DNA of 64,000 bases, from contig JAGIQG010000002.1 of the NCBI GenBank assembly GCA_024679065.1, positions 78,926,001-78,990,000 of the forward strand, in the 5' to 3' direction. Both the position numbers and the translations under genes were made by a program. The first letter of the stretch is position 1. Every line of letters starts with the position of its first letter. The stretch is from Sphyrna mokarran. Lineage: Eukaryota. Shown piece after piece: positions 63,591 to 64,000 of the stretch. Under the pieces are notes generated by a model, which saw nothing but the letters and a program-made list of their open reading frames with translations, ran no database searches and had not been told where the DNA came from.

Positions 63591-64000
63591 ACCATCCTAT
63601 TCCTCTTGCTGAAATCACTCTCACTTTTGCTTCTGCCGCACAAATTAGACTCCAGAACAAATGATCACAGCCAATATATCTCATGCAGTTTTTTTTTTGA
63701 CTTTACAATTTTCCAACACATTATTTTCAGTACTATTTACTACATACTAATTCGGTAAAATGAAAATTAATCATATTCCATTTGCTTCTGTCCTGTGTAA
63801 GTTCCTTATAGTTTTATCATATGAATGATTACATTTCGAAATCAGTTACACAGACATTAGAAAATCAGAAATTTGCTCTAAACGTTATTGGTTTCATTTA
63901 TATTGGTTTTAATTCATTTATATCCTTGAAGTCCATTGTCAGCATTTGGCCTGGATTTTCCTGTTCGCAGCAAAGCAGTGGTGTCCACCTCTGATTGCAC

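Noticed and set aside
44377-64000. Upstream DGKB exon (..MKNKFWYFEFGTSET..)
   Set aside because: Searched by eye for the WYFEF codon pattern on the minus strand and found none; it presumably lies beyond 64000
1-64000. CRISPR array or prokaryotic/viral operon
   Set aside because: No regularly spaced repeat-spacer array and no gene-dense region; the sequence is vertebrate intron

Overview
Vertebrate genomic DNA, very likely a shark or other elasmobranch, inferred from the many HE1/V-SINEs, HER1-like CR1 LINEs and a Deu-domain SINE. The whole window lies inside one host gene, diacylglycerol kinase beta (DGKB), on the minus strand. Three consecutive C-terminal coding exons (44376-44181, 7472-7352, 2004-1944) have canonical GT/AG sites and splice in frame; the preceding and final exons are outside the window. 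The introns are dense with transposon relics: CR1, RTE, L2 and another APE-type LINE, two decayed Gypsy elements, Harbinger transposase and MITE relics, Penelope terminal fragments and several SINE families. Structures the catalogue does not explain: a ~450 bp, ~97% identical inverted duplication just downstream of a DGKB exon; three short locally copied insertions; a multi-level nested insertion at 12.4-15.9 kb; hammerhead-ribozyme relics; a SINE that looks like an internally deleted LINE; and TE-free candidate enhancer blocks. I found no convincing new protein-coding system. Repeat boundaries were read by eye and are approximate unless a TSD or splice site is quoted; family names come from recall, not a database search.
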